Assembly (NCBI GenBank): GCA_964016885.1
Contig: OZ024742.1
Coordinates: forward strand, 72,354,001-72,418,000
Reading direction: 5' to 3'
DNA from: Eledone cirrhosa
Taxonomy: Eukaryota
Length of the DNA stretch: 64,000 nt
Under the pieces are notes generated by a model. That model saw only the letters and a program-made list of their open reading frames with translations. It searched no databases and had not been told where the DNA came from. Position numbers and translations under genes: made by a program. Of this stretch, positions 38,762 through 52,199 are shown piece by piece (within the stretch, counting starts at the first letter, position 1; each line of letters opens with the position of its first letter).

Positions 38762-38941
38762 ACGAAGGAAATGTGGTAAGGAACCAGGTGGACCATAACG
38801 CACCAAAGTACTCAATACTTGGGGTAGTAGAGTGGGTAATAGGAACCAGTAAGACCCCGACGGCTGAGCTCAAGCCGTTTCGATGGCTAATTCATTAGCC
38901 GTCGAAACGGCTTGAGCTCAGCCGTCGGGGTCTTACTGGTT

Positions 38942-38946
<5 letters not shown>
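38761..38946. mobile_element. Minimal hairpin element (53-bp arms, 2-nt loop) with one-sided extension
   Basis: 38839-38891 and 38894-38946 are reverse complements with one mismatch; (TA)n flanks both sides. Confidence 0.8.
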
Positions 38947-38982
<36 letters not shown>

Positions 38983-40194
38983 TTATGCCAGGGAACGTCT
39001 TCACGAACCAAAGTATCGTCTTCCTGTTTCCCTTCGGTTGCAACTTTTTTCAAAATATTTACATCTGCGTTCACAGATTGATTTTTTAGTTTCAGAAGAT
39101 CCCGTTAAGGTTGAAAGCAGCGATTCTTTGCTTAAACATTAATATGTTATTTTAATATAGATATTTGTGTACAGATTTTTTGCATACACAAAAACAAAAT
39201 ATAAACAAACAAGGCTGGCTATTACAAAATCACATGCACCACTGACAGATATTTTTGCATACACAAAAACAAAATATAAACAAACAAGGCCAACGATTAC
39301 ATCAGTTAATCTTAGTGTACTTCATACTGCTTTTAGGTAGAATATCCCGTTAAGAGTGAAAGCAGTGATTCTTTGCTTAAACTTTAATTTGTTATTTTAA
39401 TATATATAATTATATATTCATGTACAGATATTTTTGCATACACAAAATATATACAAATGTATTTATTTCACGAGGCTCGATAAGGATAAATATATATCAA
39501 ATATATAAGAACCCTAGAGCAAATCCCGAGCAACGCCGGGCCATTCTGCTAGTTTATATATATAATAGGTAGCAAACTGGCAGAGTCATTAGAACATTAA
39601 CTAAAATGATTTGGGTCATTTATTCTGGTTCTCTGCGTTCTAACTTCAACTTTGTCTTTCATTCTTTCAAGGTCAATAAAAAAAGTACCAGTCCAGTACT
39701 AAAGTTGATTCCTCTATAATTCTTTCTCACTTCCTCCCTGTTACTCTCTTTCTTTTTCTGGAAGAACTTGGCTGTGTTCAGATCTAGAGAGGGGATGGAC
39801 TCCACCAAGTTTTAAATGCCCAAGAAACACTGTGTCACTAAAGCACCCCTACAACTCCATCAGGTATTATGGGTCTATAATATATATATATATATATGGT
39901 AGCATTAGCCAACATATCAACCCACTTACATAATTGTGTTAACATCTGATGTCACACTGGTGCATGTTGCTGTTGTCATGATTGCACAACAGCTCCATGC
40001 TGGTGTCAAGGAAATACATACAATAAATATGATTATGTAACTTATGTCTTAACATTTATTTCATACATGGTAACTCCATTACATTTGATAGCCACTTTTA
40101 CAACTGACGGAGAGTGCTCTTACCTGTTTATCAGCAAGAAGTCATAACACAACACTTCTGGATAAACAACACAGTAACTAACAAAAAAAAAATA

Positions 40195-40790
40195 GAGAGA
40201 GGGCTCTGTAGAAATAGTCAACAGTTTCCCTTACCTGGGTGATCAAATTAGCAGTGGAGGCAGGTGTTCCAAACATACAGTAGCCAGAGTAAGAACAGGA
40301 TGGAAAAAGTTCAAGGAGCTACTAACGCTGCTAACTACAAAAGATTTGTCTCAAAAGTGAAGGGCAGACTATATGATGCATGTATATGAACAGCAATGTT
40401 GCATGGTAGTGAGACCTGGGAGCTGTGTGAAGAGGACCTATGAAGATTGGAAAGAAATGAAGTCTGCATGCTCCAATGGATGTGTAACAATAAGTGTACA
40501 TGACCAGCAAAGCGTAAATGAACTGAGAGAGAAATTGGACATAAGAGGGATCAGATGTAATGTGCAAGAGGGGAGATTATGTTGGTATAGCCATGTGATG
40601 TGTATGAAGGATAACAACTGTATAAAAAGATACAGAGCAATCAATGTTGCTGGAAGCTATGGAGTAGGAAGACCTAGGATGAGGTGATAAAAGCTGACTT
40701 TGCACAATTGCATCTCTCAAAGGTGATGACACTGGATCAAGATCTTTGGCATTATGCAGAAATACAGAAGACCCACCTTCCCATGCGCAT
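40195..40790 (+). pseudogene. Decayed RTE LINE 3' fragment
   Basis: Homologous to 37740-38340 (EGSVEIVNSFPYLG..RVRTGWKKFKEL..RLCWYSHVM). Confidence 0.85.
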
Positions 40791-41272
40791 GGGTTGAAGC
40801 ATACATCTACTATGCACCACTTAATGTTGAGATGCAGATTTATAAATATATGACACCAAATATCTACTGATGTGGTGACTCCAAACCTATATTTATACTT
40901 GTGTGTGTGCATTTTAAATACTATGGTATTTATAAACATTCTAATGTGTATAGGACCTCTGTTGGTTTCAATTATAAATGTTATAGTTGTAGAAACAATG
41001 GAACAGTCTGCTCATGAAATTAATGTGCATGTAGCTGAGCATTCCACAGACATGTGCACCCTCAATCTAGTTCCCAGGGAAATTCAGCAATACACAGTGC
41101 AACAAGACTATAGAATTCATTTTTGTTAGCTGAATGATTAGAGCAATGTTTAAATAAAGGGTCTTGCTCAAGGATGCAATAGGCCACCAAGAATCAAACT
41201 CGTGATCATATGACTGTGAGAACACCTTAACCACAAAGCTGCATGCCTTCACTATTTATATATATATATATA

Positions 41273-41282
41273 TATGTTTCTA

Positions 41283-41318
<36 letters not shown>

Positions 41319-41697
41319 GTTTCTACTATTTATATATATATATATATAATTGTTTCTACTATTTATATATATATATATATAATTGTTTCTACTATTTATA
41401 TATATATATATATAATTGTTTCTACTATTTATATATATATATATATAATTGTTTCTACTATTTATATATATATATATAATTGTTTCTACTATTTATATAT
41501 ATATATATATATATAATGCACTTGGTAGAACATGGAACCATGTGAGATGTAAACCCCCAGTCTGTCTAGGCTATCAGTGGTTATGCTTCAGTACAGACTT
41601 AATCTGTGAAGGCTATCAGTGGTTATGCTTCAGTACAGACTTAATCTGTGAAGGCTATCAGTGGTTATGCTTCAGTACAGACTTAATCTGTGAAGGC
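41273..41697. repeat. Minisatellites: about 7 x [TTGTTTCTACTATT(TA)n] and 3 x 42-bp unit
   Basis: Directly visible. The 42-bp unit GGCTATCAGTGGTTATGCTTCAGTACAGACTTAATCTGTGAA occurs at ~41570-41695. Confidence 0.9.
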
Positions 41698-42369
41698 CTG
41701 ACAAACCCTTGCTAGCAAGAAAAGTGGACATTAAATGATGATGATGATTATATATATATAAACACACACACATTTATTTATGTGTGCATGTGGCAACTGA
41801 TTAGATCTGAAATAATGTGTTAACCATTTATAAACACATAGCTTTACATTCACTTTTATTTTTTAATAGTACGTGTGTGTAGATATATAGTGCCCTGACT
41901 TTATGTCAGCTTGATACAAGCTGAATATTGATAAAGTTGATTAGAAATTTGCCCAAGTCATTTATATTTCCATGGCTGTACCATCAATGGAATTCTGACT
42001 AGTCAGGGCATCTGTCCCAATTTTATAATCATGAGGAATGCAGAGAATTTGTTTTTTTAGTTTCAATGTCACAAGCTACTAGAGTAAATGTGATACAAGG
42101 GAGTTATTCTCATGGTAGATTACATGAACAAATGTAGAAGTTATTAACTCGTTCATTATCATATTTTAAATGAAAATCTTTGCCTATGATTTTCAAATAA
42201 TTCAGAAAATAATAAAATATTTGAAGAAATTTACTAATATAACTAACTTTCTCATTATTAAACTGTTGTTTGGGACACAACAAGGGTACTTACAAAGGAT
42301 TGTAATGAAAGATTTTTAGATAAATATAAACTCTTTAAAATAAACAGCTTAGTATCATAGAACTTGGAG

Positions 42370-45300
42370 CAGTTTGAAGCAGTTCAGCATTAAAAGGATT
42401 AGCGTTGTGGAAGACTTAAATCAAAGAAGTATTCCAATGAATCAAGCTATCATTCTTCATAAGGCAAAGTTTATTTCTGATAAATTGAAGGAGAAAGAGA
42501 ATGGAGATAAAACATTTCATAGTAAGGGCTGGTTTGCAGGCTCTAAGTGTCACAGTGTTAAGATAACTGGTGAGGCAATGCAGCAAATGTAGATACCAAA
42601 GCAGCTAAAGCATTCCCTGCAAAATTGCAAACCATTGTACAGAGAGGCGAATATCCTGATCACCTTATTTTCAATATATAAAAGGCAGTTATATTGGAAG
42701 AGAATACCTTCAGAGATCTTTATTGTGATTGAAGAAAAGTTTTCATTAAGATTTAAAGCTGCCAAGTTTAGATTAAGTACAACTTAGAAATACCATATGC
42801 ATTGGAAGTGTTAAATAATTTACAGCTGTCCAAATCACTGCATGTCGTAAAAAGTAGTTAAAAGGGATAGCACCAGGAAAGGCATCTGGCCATAAAACAT
42901 TGCCTCAAAAGCGAACCCATGTTGAGTATTAACCCTGGTGTGGGGCCCAAAAGGCTAACTCCTCTTTTAGCAGGGAAAATGGCCTTAAAATGGTTGTTGT
43001 TGCGAATCTATTGAAAGTGGTGTAGGTTACACAGAAATCGTTTATGAACTGGTGAATAAATTTGATTGTTATAGTGTACAACTTCTGCAATTAGAATTAG
43101 TGCACCTGAGCACTGTACACAATATTTTCATTATTATTATCATTTACTACCCAATGCTATTTTCTATTATACAACAAAACTTATTGTTCCTCAATATCAT
43201 AATGTTTAAATTAAGCTTAAAAAAGTAATTTACATACTTCCAAATATAACATGTATTAGGTAGTCAATGGACCAGTGAATAATAACATTCAAGGTATATT
43301 AACTGCAGCAATCCTTTAAGAAAATGGTTGATGTGTTAGACACAAACCCTATGTGACTGTAAATGATTATTGGCAGCCATAATTTTAAATGCTGTCCATT
43401 TGGGGGGGAAAAGGGTTACTAAACTCTGTTATTTATTCGACAAATTTCAATTCGGTTATATAATGTTTGCAATAACAAAAAGAAAAAGAAAGAGGGAAAA
43501 ATAAATAAATAATGAAAGTAAGGAAAAGGTTTAAGGGAGAAAGGCAATGTTTAAATAAAAGAAGAGGGAAAAAAAACTGCGTGGGAACTTAAGAAGGAAT
43601 ACCAAACAGTACTAGAAAAAACAAACAAACAAATCATTGTTTAAAACAGTAAAGAAAATGTAAATGCAACTGAGCCAACACCAGAGCAAAAGACAGCAGC
43701 GAGGGGTACTGGGCGACCTCTCTAATGACTTTTGAGGCAAGCCAGCACACTCGCAGCGTTGCCTCGGGTGATGGCAAGGCAAATGCGCTGGCACAGCCAA
43801 GCGCCCTCGCCAGTTACCTCTATTAGGCTAGTCGCCAGTGAAGAGAGGAACCTCGCAGTCAGCGGCCCGACTCCCTCAAACATCTTGAAAGCCACAGGCT
43901 GAAAACGGTAGCTCGCCGACAGATCAGAGTATTTGAGGGTCTTACTCCACTCAGCTGCAGAAGCTGTAGCTCTCGTCCTAACCGCAGCATCCAGGATGTG
44001 GGAAAGAGCAAAAGAGTCACCAACAGTGACGTCCCAGACAAAGCACCTGCCTCTCGACCAGGGTAAGGCCATCAGGTCTTTTGCTGTCACTTCTGGACAA
44101 CCCAGATGGTTCCAAGACTGAAGGGATGTTCGCCCAGGCCAAAGCTCTTTTGGGGATGAGGTTTAGCTCCGTGTGAAGCGGCCGGCATTCAGGCGGCAAG
44201 AAAGACCGTGGAGGCCTGTGGAGTCAAGGAGTTTGCCGCATCGGCACCTCAAACCCATGCAGACATCAGCTCCCACTCTGAGGGCGATGGAGACATGAAG
44301 TTCGTCCAGGCTGAGTAGGCCACGGGTAGGACATCAACCCAGTCGCCTGAGTATTTGGCGCTGGCAGATAGTAAGCGGCATCTTGCAAACTGATCTGACT
44401 GGACGAAGAGGGAGTCGAAGGTGGCCTTCGAACTTATGCCATCCCAAGTTCTCTGACTTCGACTGTACTCCACCTTTTCAGGAAGAGACAAGCCCAACTC
44501 ACTCCATTGCTGGAGAGCTTCACCCAACTCCGTTGGAACTAGTCCATGTTGGAGAGGAGAGGATGCTGCTCACCCTGGTGGAGAAAGTGTGGGTGGAGGA
44601 AAGGAAGCAGGAGAGAGAGAGGGACGAACACTTATGAAGACCAAGACCCCCCAAATCGCTTGGCCAACGCAGCCTGATCGCGGGACTCTGGAGTCTAACA
44701 TTGACCAGGCACTCGAGTCTCTCGAAGATTAGGTCGTCAAAGCGTTGGAGGCTGGACGGAAATCTGTAAGAGGGGCTGACCCTGAGCAGATACAGAAGCT
44801 TAGGAATAGACAGGTAGTTCTTGAGTATGAAGAAACCTTGATGGGGTTCAAAAACCTTAATATTCTTCAGCAGCTGCTCAAGCCCAACCATCTTCGGTTG
44901 TAAGATTGACTCGAAGACCAGGTCTGTGATTGGGGCTCCGAAGGAGCACCAAGCTGGCGGGGGATGGACCACGATGGAAGGGAAGGACTCTGCAAACAGG
45001 TCGATTAGCTGTTGGTGATGAGATGCCGGGTGGTTGAGGATCCAGAGCTCACATTTAGAGCTATTGACCTGGAGACCCCGGCGGCCAAGCTCCTCAACCA
45101 TCTTGTTGGTAGTGGCGAGAATCATATCCAGAGCTCCCCCCAAACAGGCGTCGTCGAGGTACCAGACATTGAGGTCCAACTCAACCCCTATCTTGGTGAC
45201 GTCATCAATGCCCAGTGCAAACAGAGCGGGCCCGAGTGGGTCACCCTGTTGGACTCCTTAGGCAGAGGTAATGATTTGGTTACCGAAAGAGAGGTAGGAG

Positions 45301-47250
45301 GGCTCCCAATAAGCCTGCTAAGCAAAGTGGTAGAGCTGTGGGACCTTCTTTCTTACTGAGCCGAGGACGTGGACGACGTCACGGCTGACGGAGTTAAAGG
45401 CGTTCCTGACGTCAAGTTGGTAAATGCTCTGGTAGCATGGACAGCAGCCTCACATCCCAACTTGGTACCCACCCCCAGCTGGATGGGGGAGAATTCCTCC
45501 ACCAGTGAGTCGGAGACCAACAGCAAACACGCCTTTGCAGTGAGGCGGCGAAGGGTGCAGCCAACCGCAATGGGGCGCAGGTCTCCATTGGGCTTGGTGA
45601 GACCAAATAGCTTCGCACCGAAGAACTGAGCGGATGAATGGGAGAACGTTCACTGAAGAGAACTGATTCACAAACTGAGTCAGACTCTCCAAGAGCTCGA
45701 GTCCGGTGTCACCGGTCGATAAGGAAATACTATCCTTGAAGTATTGAGGATGGAGGCTGTTAATTCCCACGCCTGACCCAGCGGGGAAGGATGAAATCAC
45801 CTTTCTGATGATATTGGTGGTGTAAATCGGTCTCGAGTATTCTGGTGGTAGTATTCCAGTGTAGCTGATCATCTGGGGGCTCCGATGGGTGCTTCTCTTT
45901 CAGTCGCTCAAGAGAATCAGAGTTGCATGGAGCAAGGGAGGACAGAGAAAAGAGACGGACAGCCCCTTTAATGTAAAATTCGCTGAATTTGGCATTGACC
46001 GCTCGCTTGAGGCCTACCGGTTGTCTGTTGGTGGACACCGAGCTCGATGTCGAACTGAGATGAGACATGGTTGGGGTGGACTCAAACAGCTGGAACTGCG
46101 GCTCGAGAGAGGACGTGAGGGAACCTGAATTCTCATTGTGCACGTGAAGAGAGTTGAGGCGAAACAAAAACAATTTCTGCCAGTCAGACCTATTGTTGGA
46201 CGAGCAAATGTTTTTCAATAAATTAGAGAGGGCACATGCAAAGCTATTCCGAGCTCCCTTAGGGATCCGGTTAACGAGCTTAGATTTGGAGAAACCCTGG
46301 AGGGCTGTGGCAAAGTCCTCGGTAGAAAGTTGGTCATCGAAGCGTGGGGCATCCCCACTGAATACGTCGGAGCTAAAGTGGTACCGATTACAGGTCCAGT
46401 ATTGAAGCCTTTCGGCTTGAGCTTTGGTGATGCTGACACAGCTTCTGTGATAACTTGCGTGGCATAGGTGACATTTAATTGTCTTTAAGTACCGGCTAGT
46501 GCGAGCGCAGAAAGCACAACCAAGTGGTGGGTTGGCAGCAGCCATCAGTAGAGGGCCAGCATTGGAATTTGGTGGAGGGAGTGAGTCAGTAAAGGAGGCA
46601 GCAGTGGTTCTAACGGTGGGACTAGAGCGGAGGTTGGGTGGTGGGCTAACAGTTGTAGGGGGGGGGGGAGTTGAATTCACTCGGAATCTGCGGTGAAGAG
46701 GAGGAGGGGCTAGGTGGGCTGTGCACGAGGACGAAGCAAGAGGCGGGCAGAGGGAGGGACAGAGAGTAGAGAAGGAGGGAGAAGACCATGAGTGAGTGGA
46801 GAGGAGTGTGGCCTTGTGAGAGGCAGGCAAATACAGCGGAAGAGAAAGAGCAATGAACATGCAAAGAGAAGGAAAACAAAAACGTTAGAAATACACTGTA
46901 ATCATAAAAGAAGTTTTAAAGTTGGCATGAGAGGCATCTTGGAATTGGCAGGAAAGACATCATAAAGTTGGAAGAAAAAACATCTTAAAATTGAATTGGT
47001 TACTGGTGAGAAAAGAGAAGACTTCTATTGAGAATTAACAGATTTGGCAGAACACCTGGATACACAAAAAGAAGATGAATTGGAGTGTGTCATAAGTTAA
47101 CAAAAGCTGATTTCTTGCTAATATAGACTCTGATTTAAGAGCTTTGTGAAATGGGCCACAACTGGAAGTGAAGTGATTTTGTCAAAATGAATTTTAATGA
47201 AGCTTTAGCACATAATTTTGAAATTTTTAAGAGAAGACATGGCAAACAAT
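42370..47250 (+). pseudogene. Tigger/pogo transposase relic interrupted by the CRE-like element
   Basis: CENP-B HTH/DDE_1-like pieces: FHSKGWF, VKITGEA, AAKAFPAKL, YPDHLIFN..LYWKRIP. An acidic C-terminal-like remnant resumes at ~46900. Confidence 0.6.
43428..46885 (-). mobile_element. CRE-clade-like non-LTR retrotransposon (PHD finger - RT - RLE), frameshifted
   Basis: RT motifs LRPIAVGCTLRRL, GV*QGDPLGPALF and WYLDD. RLE motifs [19 protein letters not shown] and QRICLAITRGNAASVL. N-terminal CAFC..CHLC..HRSC..WTC. Boundaries are approximate. Confidence 0.82.
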
Positions 47251-48301
47251 TCTGGGCTCATATTTTAGGAAAGCGCATGGACATCAACCTGGCCCTCAAC
47301 TAGGGTCATTATCGCAGAAATGAAGCTGTGACCAGTGCCTCTGTTGAACTATAAATACTGCATAATCAACTTTAGCTCAAAATCACTTGGTGAGTACACA
47401 ATTTATTTATATTCATTTTTAGTATTTCAGGTAGTAATTTCTTTTTCTTCTTCCCCACATATGCCTGAGAAGGTCATGGGAGCAGAGTCTTCAGACACAC
47501 CTTTCAGAGGATCCTATTGCAAAAGACTTTCACTAAATGATCCAGATGGATCCCTAAGCAAGACCAACAGTTGTTTGTGGATGTTATTCAATCATCTTGC
47601 TTGGAATCTACCTCTAGGATTCTGGCCTAAAATCTGTCTGGTGATTCTTTTCTTAAACATTCTAACCACATCTGTAATACTGGAGCAGTGATCTCTCAAT
47701 GCAGAGAATTAGTCGGCCTACTTTGAGCAACTACCCGATCTTCAAGCTATGCACCCTATCGAGTACCTTTATTCTGGAGACCCTTCAGCAGTGATTTATT
47801 GTTTATTAATTTTATATAATAAAATATCAAAATAATATATTTATTTAAAAAAACATTGCAGCATCTATCTAATCTTTTGCAAAGGACATCAGAGGATATA
47901 ATATATTAATGTCAGCGAACAGAGTTATCTCCCTTCGTGATGCTTTAAGCGACTGGGGTTGATCATTTTTAGATAGATGAATTAGTAAAAACTTTTGAAA
48001 ATGTTTTTATTGATGCCAAGACTGTATCCTTGTGGAAAATCAGGGCAGCCTGCATATACGCCCCCGCCAAACACACACACATATTGCTATGTGTGTGTTT
48101 GTGTGTGTTTTATTGATTTATGTATAAGCAAACATACACATTACTGTATATATATGCACATATGTATATATACATATATATTACTTGATATGTGTAAGTA
48201 TATACATATATATATTGCTTTGTGTGTATGTATGTGTGTGTGTATATATATATATACACACACACACATGTACATGAAGTAAATAAATAAAAATGCTTGT
48301 T

Positions 48302-48485
48302 TTAATCAAAGAACTGTCCAAAATGGTCAGATTGACGTCGTCCGTCTGATATGACAAGAGAGTATATCCCTGGCTTCAGTTTGTCAGCAGCTGCTAAGAC
48401 TATTCTCAAGTCAGCTTCTAAGGTTAAGCCAAGATCCTGGCGGAGTTTATGGATACCATCGTTTAATGGATGACTTCCACGGTTA
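48302..48485 (-). CDS. C9orf72: C9orf72 orthologue, terminal coding exon
   Basis: Pyrimidine tract plus CAG acceptor (48486-48488). Encodes (T)NRGSHPLNDGIHKLRQDLGLTLEADLRIVLAAADKLKPGIYSLVIS..FFD*, matching the vertebrate C9orf72 C-terminus as I recall it (LKIDLDLTAEGDLNIIMALAEKIKPGLHSFIF). Confidence 0.9.
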
Positions 48486-49531
48486 CTGTTTGAAAAAAAG
48501 AAAACAAGGATGCTCATCTGTTTCAAACTGATTTGATGGTAATATCGATTAAAATGTATTTATTCTTTTTGTTTTTAATTTATTTATTTATTTATTACGA
48601 TTTGAAATGTTAAACTGATAAAATTAAAACTTATGCAATACTACATCGACAAGTTGACCTGAATGAGATTTGAAATCAGAGCACAAAACGTTGGACTGAA
48701 TATTGCAAAGCATTCTAATCTATCCAACATTTTAATGACTGGGAGAATCATTCATTGCTGTTTAGCCATAGGTAGACTTACAGTTGATAGATAGTATACA
48801 TTAATACCTGATATAATTGACAAACATTGAAAATGAAAATATAAATTACAAATGATTTTTTTTTTCTTGTAAATCTTACCATGAGCAAAGGAACAAAGTG
48901 TTCCTACTAAATTAAACATTGTAAATTGTATAAATGGATACTATCATATATGCAGAATAATTACTGCAAAATATATTCCTCCGTAAAAAATATTCATGCA
49001 CATATGTATTGAATAAGTGTTGCCTCTTGAGCTTTCTTCTGCCTGTTGCCATGTATTTTTAATATTTTGTGTATGAGATCATTGGGGATGGGTCTACAAA
49101 TTTTTGCAGGTGAGGGTGTTAGACACACAACCATAAGATTGTGGGTTTGATTCCTGAACCAGGTGACATGTTGTGTTCTTCAGCATGATGCTTCACTTCA
49201 CATTGCTTTTCATGATGGGACTAGGGCTCCTACCATTAAACATCTGAGAAACCTCCTATGGGATGCATCCTCATAGGGTGACGGCTAAACCTTCATAGGT
49301 CTAAGCAATAAATTTCATTTCATTAGACGATTAGATATAACGCTTTGCAGTATTCAACCTGCTGTGTTGTGAGTTCAAACCTCGCTGAGGTCAACTTTCA
49401 TGACTCTGGTGGGATTTGGACTCAGAGTGTAGAGAGTCAAAACAAATAATACTGTAAGGTATTTTGTCTTACAATCTGCTCATTCAGTCAATAGCGAGAG
49501 ATGAAAATGGTAAAATGGAAGCCATACTTAC

Positions 49532-49656
49532 GTTTCCTGTTCAACATATTTGATGAGACACAGAGCTTTTCTCTGTAGTAACCACAGGAAGTTGTTGATA
49601 TGTGACTCCCACACACCACACAGGTTCCCTGAAGAGATTCTGGGCAGCTGGAGAAG
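49532..49656 (-). CDS. C9orf72: C9orf72 orthologue, penultimate exon (125 bp)
   Basis: TTTCAG acceptor and GTAAGT donor. Encodes LLQLPRISSGNLCGVWESHINNFLWLLQRKALCLIKYVEQE (cf. human FLLVLHRKALTLIKYIEDD). Phase 0 to 2, in frame with neighbours. Confidence 0.92.
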
Positions 49657-52199
49657 CTGAAACAAACAACAATAATTTTATATACCACAACACCAACAAT
49701 AATAATTTTGTACATTAGCACAAGATTATAAATTTATAGGACAGAGACAAAGAAGGACAACTGATTGCTTTGACAACCACAGTATATCTCTGGTACTTAT
49801 TTTATAAAGCTTGTTCAAAAGATTCTGGACAGCTATATAAGCTGAAATAAAGCAACAAAACACAAAACCAATATAACAATAAGTATCTTAAGGCAGTGGA
49901 TAGCCTTGCAGGCCTCGTCACTAGCTGCTCCATTTTACCTTATTGTTTGCAAGCTCCCTCACCAACGCTCTGGCTTTTATTTTCTCCTCCATCATATTTT
50001 GCCATGTTTTTCTTGGTCTTCCCTTTCCTCTACTTCTTTCCACAATAATTTCTATCACTCCTCTCACCTAGTCACTTTCAACCTCATGATGGGTATATTA
50101 TCAAAACCAATAATTATGTTTTTATATTAGTACAAGAGTATAAACTTATGAGACAGAGAAAAAGAGGTGTAAAGTTTCTTTGTCATCCCAGTATATCTCT
50201 GGTACTTATAAAGCTTGGCAAAGAGATTCTAGACAACTAGAAAAGCTGAAATAAACAACATGTTTAAGACATATTAATGTGCATAAACGACAAAGAACAG
50301 ATGAACTGAGAGAGAAACTAGGTATAAGAGGAATCAGATGTCATGTACAAGAAAGAAGACTTCGCTGGTGTGGACATATGAATGCACATGGATGATGATC
50401 ACTGGGTGAAGAAATGTCAATAAATCCCAGCGGAAGGAAGCTACAGAAGAGGAAGACCAAGGAAGACATGATCTCAAATCAATGATGATTACTGGGTAAA
50501 GAAGTGCTAAGAAATCCCTGTCCTGCACCACTGCATCTGATTCCTCTTATGTCTAGTTTCTCTCTCAGTTTGTTTATGCTTTGCCATTCATGTATATTAC
50601 TATTACACATCCATCAGAGAATGCAAGCTTCATTTCTTTCCAATCTTTGCAAGTCTTCTGCAGATAGCACCCAGGTCTCACTTCCTAATGCCAACCATTT
50701 TGCAGAGTGTACTGGATGCATTTTATCGTGTCACCAGCACTATTTATCACAATGTATTCAGTGATCCAAGAATATGTCTACTCCGACTTCCTGAATTAGA
50801 ATCTCTAGGCAAAGTGCAGTAGCAGTGGGGGCACTGTGGAATTAGTTAAATGCTACCATCAAACAATCCACTTGAGCACTTTCAATGTTCAGTTACACCT
50901 TACCAAAAGAAAGAAGCTGACTGTTAGATGGGAACAAAGAAACTGTTTCCATTGTTCTTTCTATTGCTGATACCATCTGCCGGCCACAACTCCTGATAGA
51001 ATTGTCATCACTTTTCAAGTGGCAGGAGGCAAGATTTAAACTAATAAGGCAAAGAGCCAAAACAGACACTACAAAATATTCAGTGCAACTCATTAACAAT
51101 TCTGCCAATCCATAACCCATGGACTGCACTTTGTTTATTAACCTCGAAATGATGAAAGGTAAAGTTGACCATGGAATGTAAAGAACCAGAACAAACACCC
51201 AAAGCATTTAATCTGACACTAATGACTCTACCAATTTATTAGTACATTATTTCATTGGTTCTGAGGGAAACTTTACTAAACCCACATGTTTTGGTTTTGC
51301 AAATAAAGATTCAAGAAAGCTATTGTAGGCTAGCTGGTGGATGACAGGGCTAATATATGAGATAATGGCAGTGACTTTAAGGAAAATACTGTTCTGAGAT
51401 CATTATGACAGGGTTCCTCAGCCAACTTTAATCCTTAAGCCCTTCCCTGAGTGCATTCTTAACTTTAACAGAGGTAGAGTTGGTGCCATGATAAAATGCA
51501 CCTAGTATACTCTGTGGTTGGCATTAGCAAGAGTATCCAACTATAGAAACCATGCCAAAACATAGACCATATAAGTAAGACATGGTTATATGACCCAGCT
51601 AGTCTTGGATAGTGACAACCCATTCAACCTATGCCAGCATGGAAAACAAATATAAAATGATGATGATGTTTTATAAAATAGCATTCCTGCTCCCTCCTAA
51701 TCTTTACCCCCCCCCCCCCCCCCCCCCTATATTTGGCGTATACGCGCCTGCTGGTTCTCTCTCTCAATCCCTTCCTTCTCTCACCAAATATAAAATAAAC
51801 CTGTTGTGAGGTACGAAACTCAGAATTTGTCAATCCCTTATTATGGCTAAACTGCTCGCTCCTCTGTGAAATGTAATGTACAATGCCATTTTTTCTCTTC
51901 TCTCCATCTTCCCCCGGTCCATTCATCTATCCGTATCATCGTCCAGAATCCAATCTTTGCTCTTTTTCAATGCTATTCTATAATTCTGTCTGGTTGTTCA
52001 AAATAATCTTCTTGTATTTTAAAATCCCATAATTCTTCTCTTATTACTGCTTGTTCAATTATGCCCAAAATTCGAGGATTTTATTTAAACCTTCTCGCTA
52101 ACTACCCCATACCCCTTTCACCCACCCCCACTCGCCACCATTATTACTTGGACCAATCATAAGTCAGCGGCTTATGCTATCGCTTCTTAAGTTTAGACC

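Larger units (their letters stand above)
36328..39552 (+). mobile_element. Probable non-autonomous Helitron hosting nested RTE and hairpin insertions
   Basis: Canonical 3' end: hairpin CCCGAGCAACGCCGGG, then CTAG|T at 39549-39552. The 5' end is inferred from CTATATATA..AAAACAATGAATGTCTGTG at ~36328. Confidence 0.55.

Noticed and set aside
50893-51207. Minus-strand ORF with a GTAAGG donor as an extra C9orf72 exon
   Set aside because: Phase-incompatible and with no similarity; the five-exon model is already continuous.
51707-51727. C-run (G-run on the gene strand) in a C9orf72 intron as an analogue of the GGGGCC expansion
   Set aside because: It is a simple homopolymer next to a decayed repeat, in a different intron from the human repeat.
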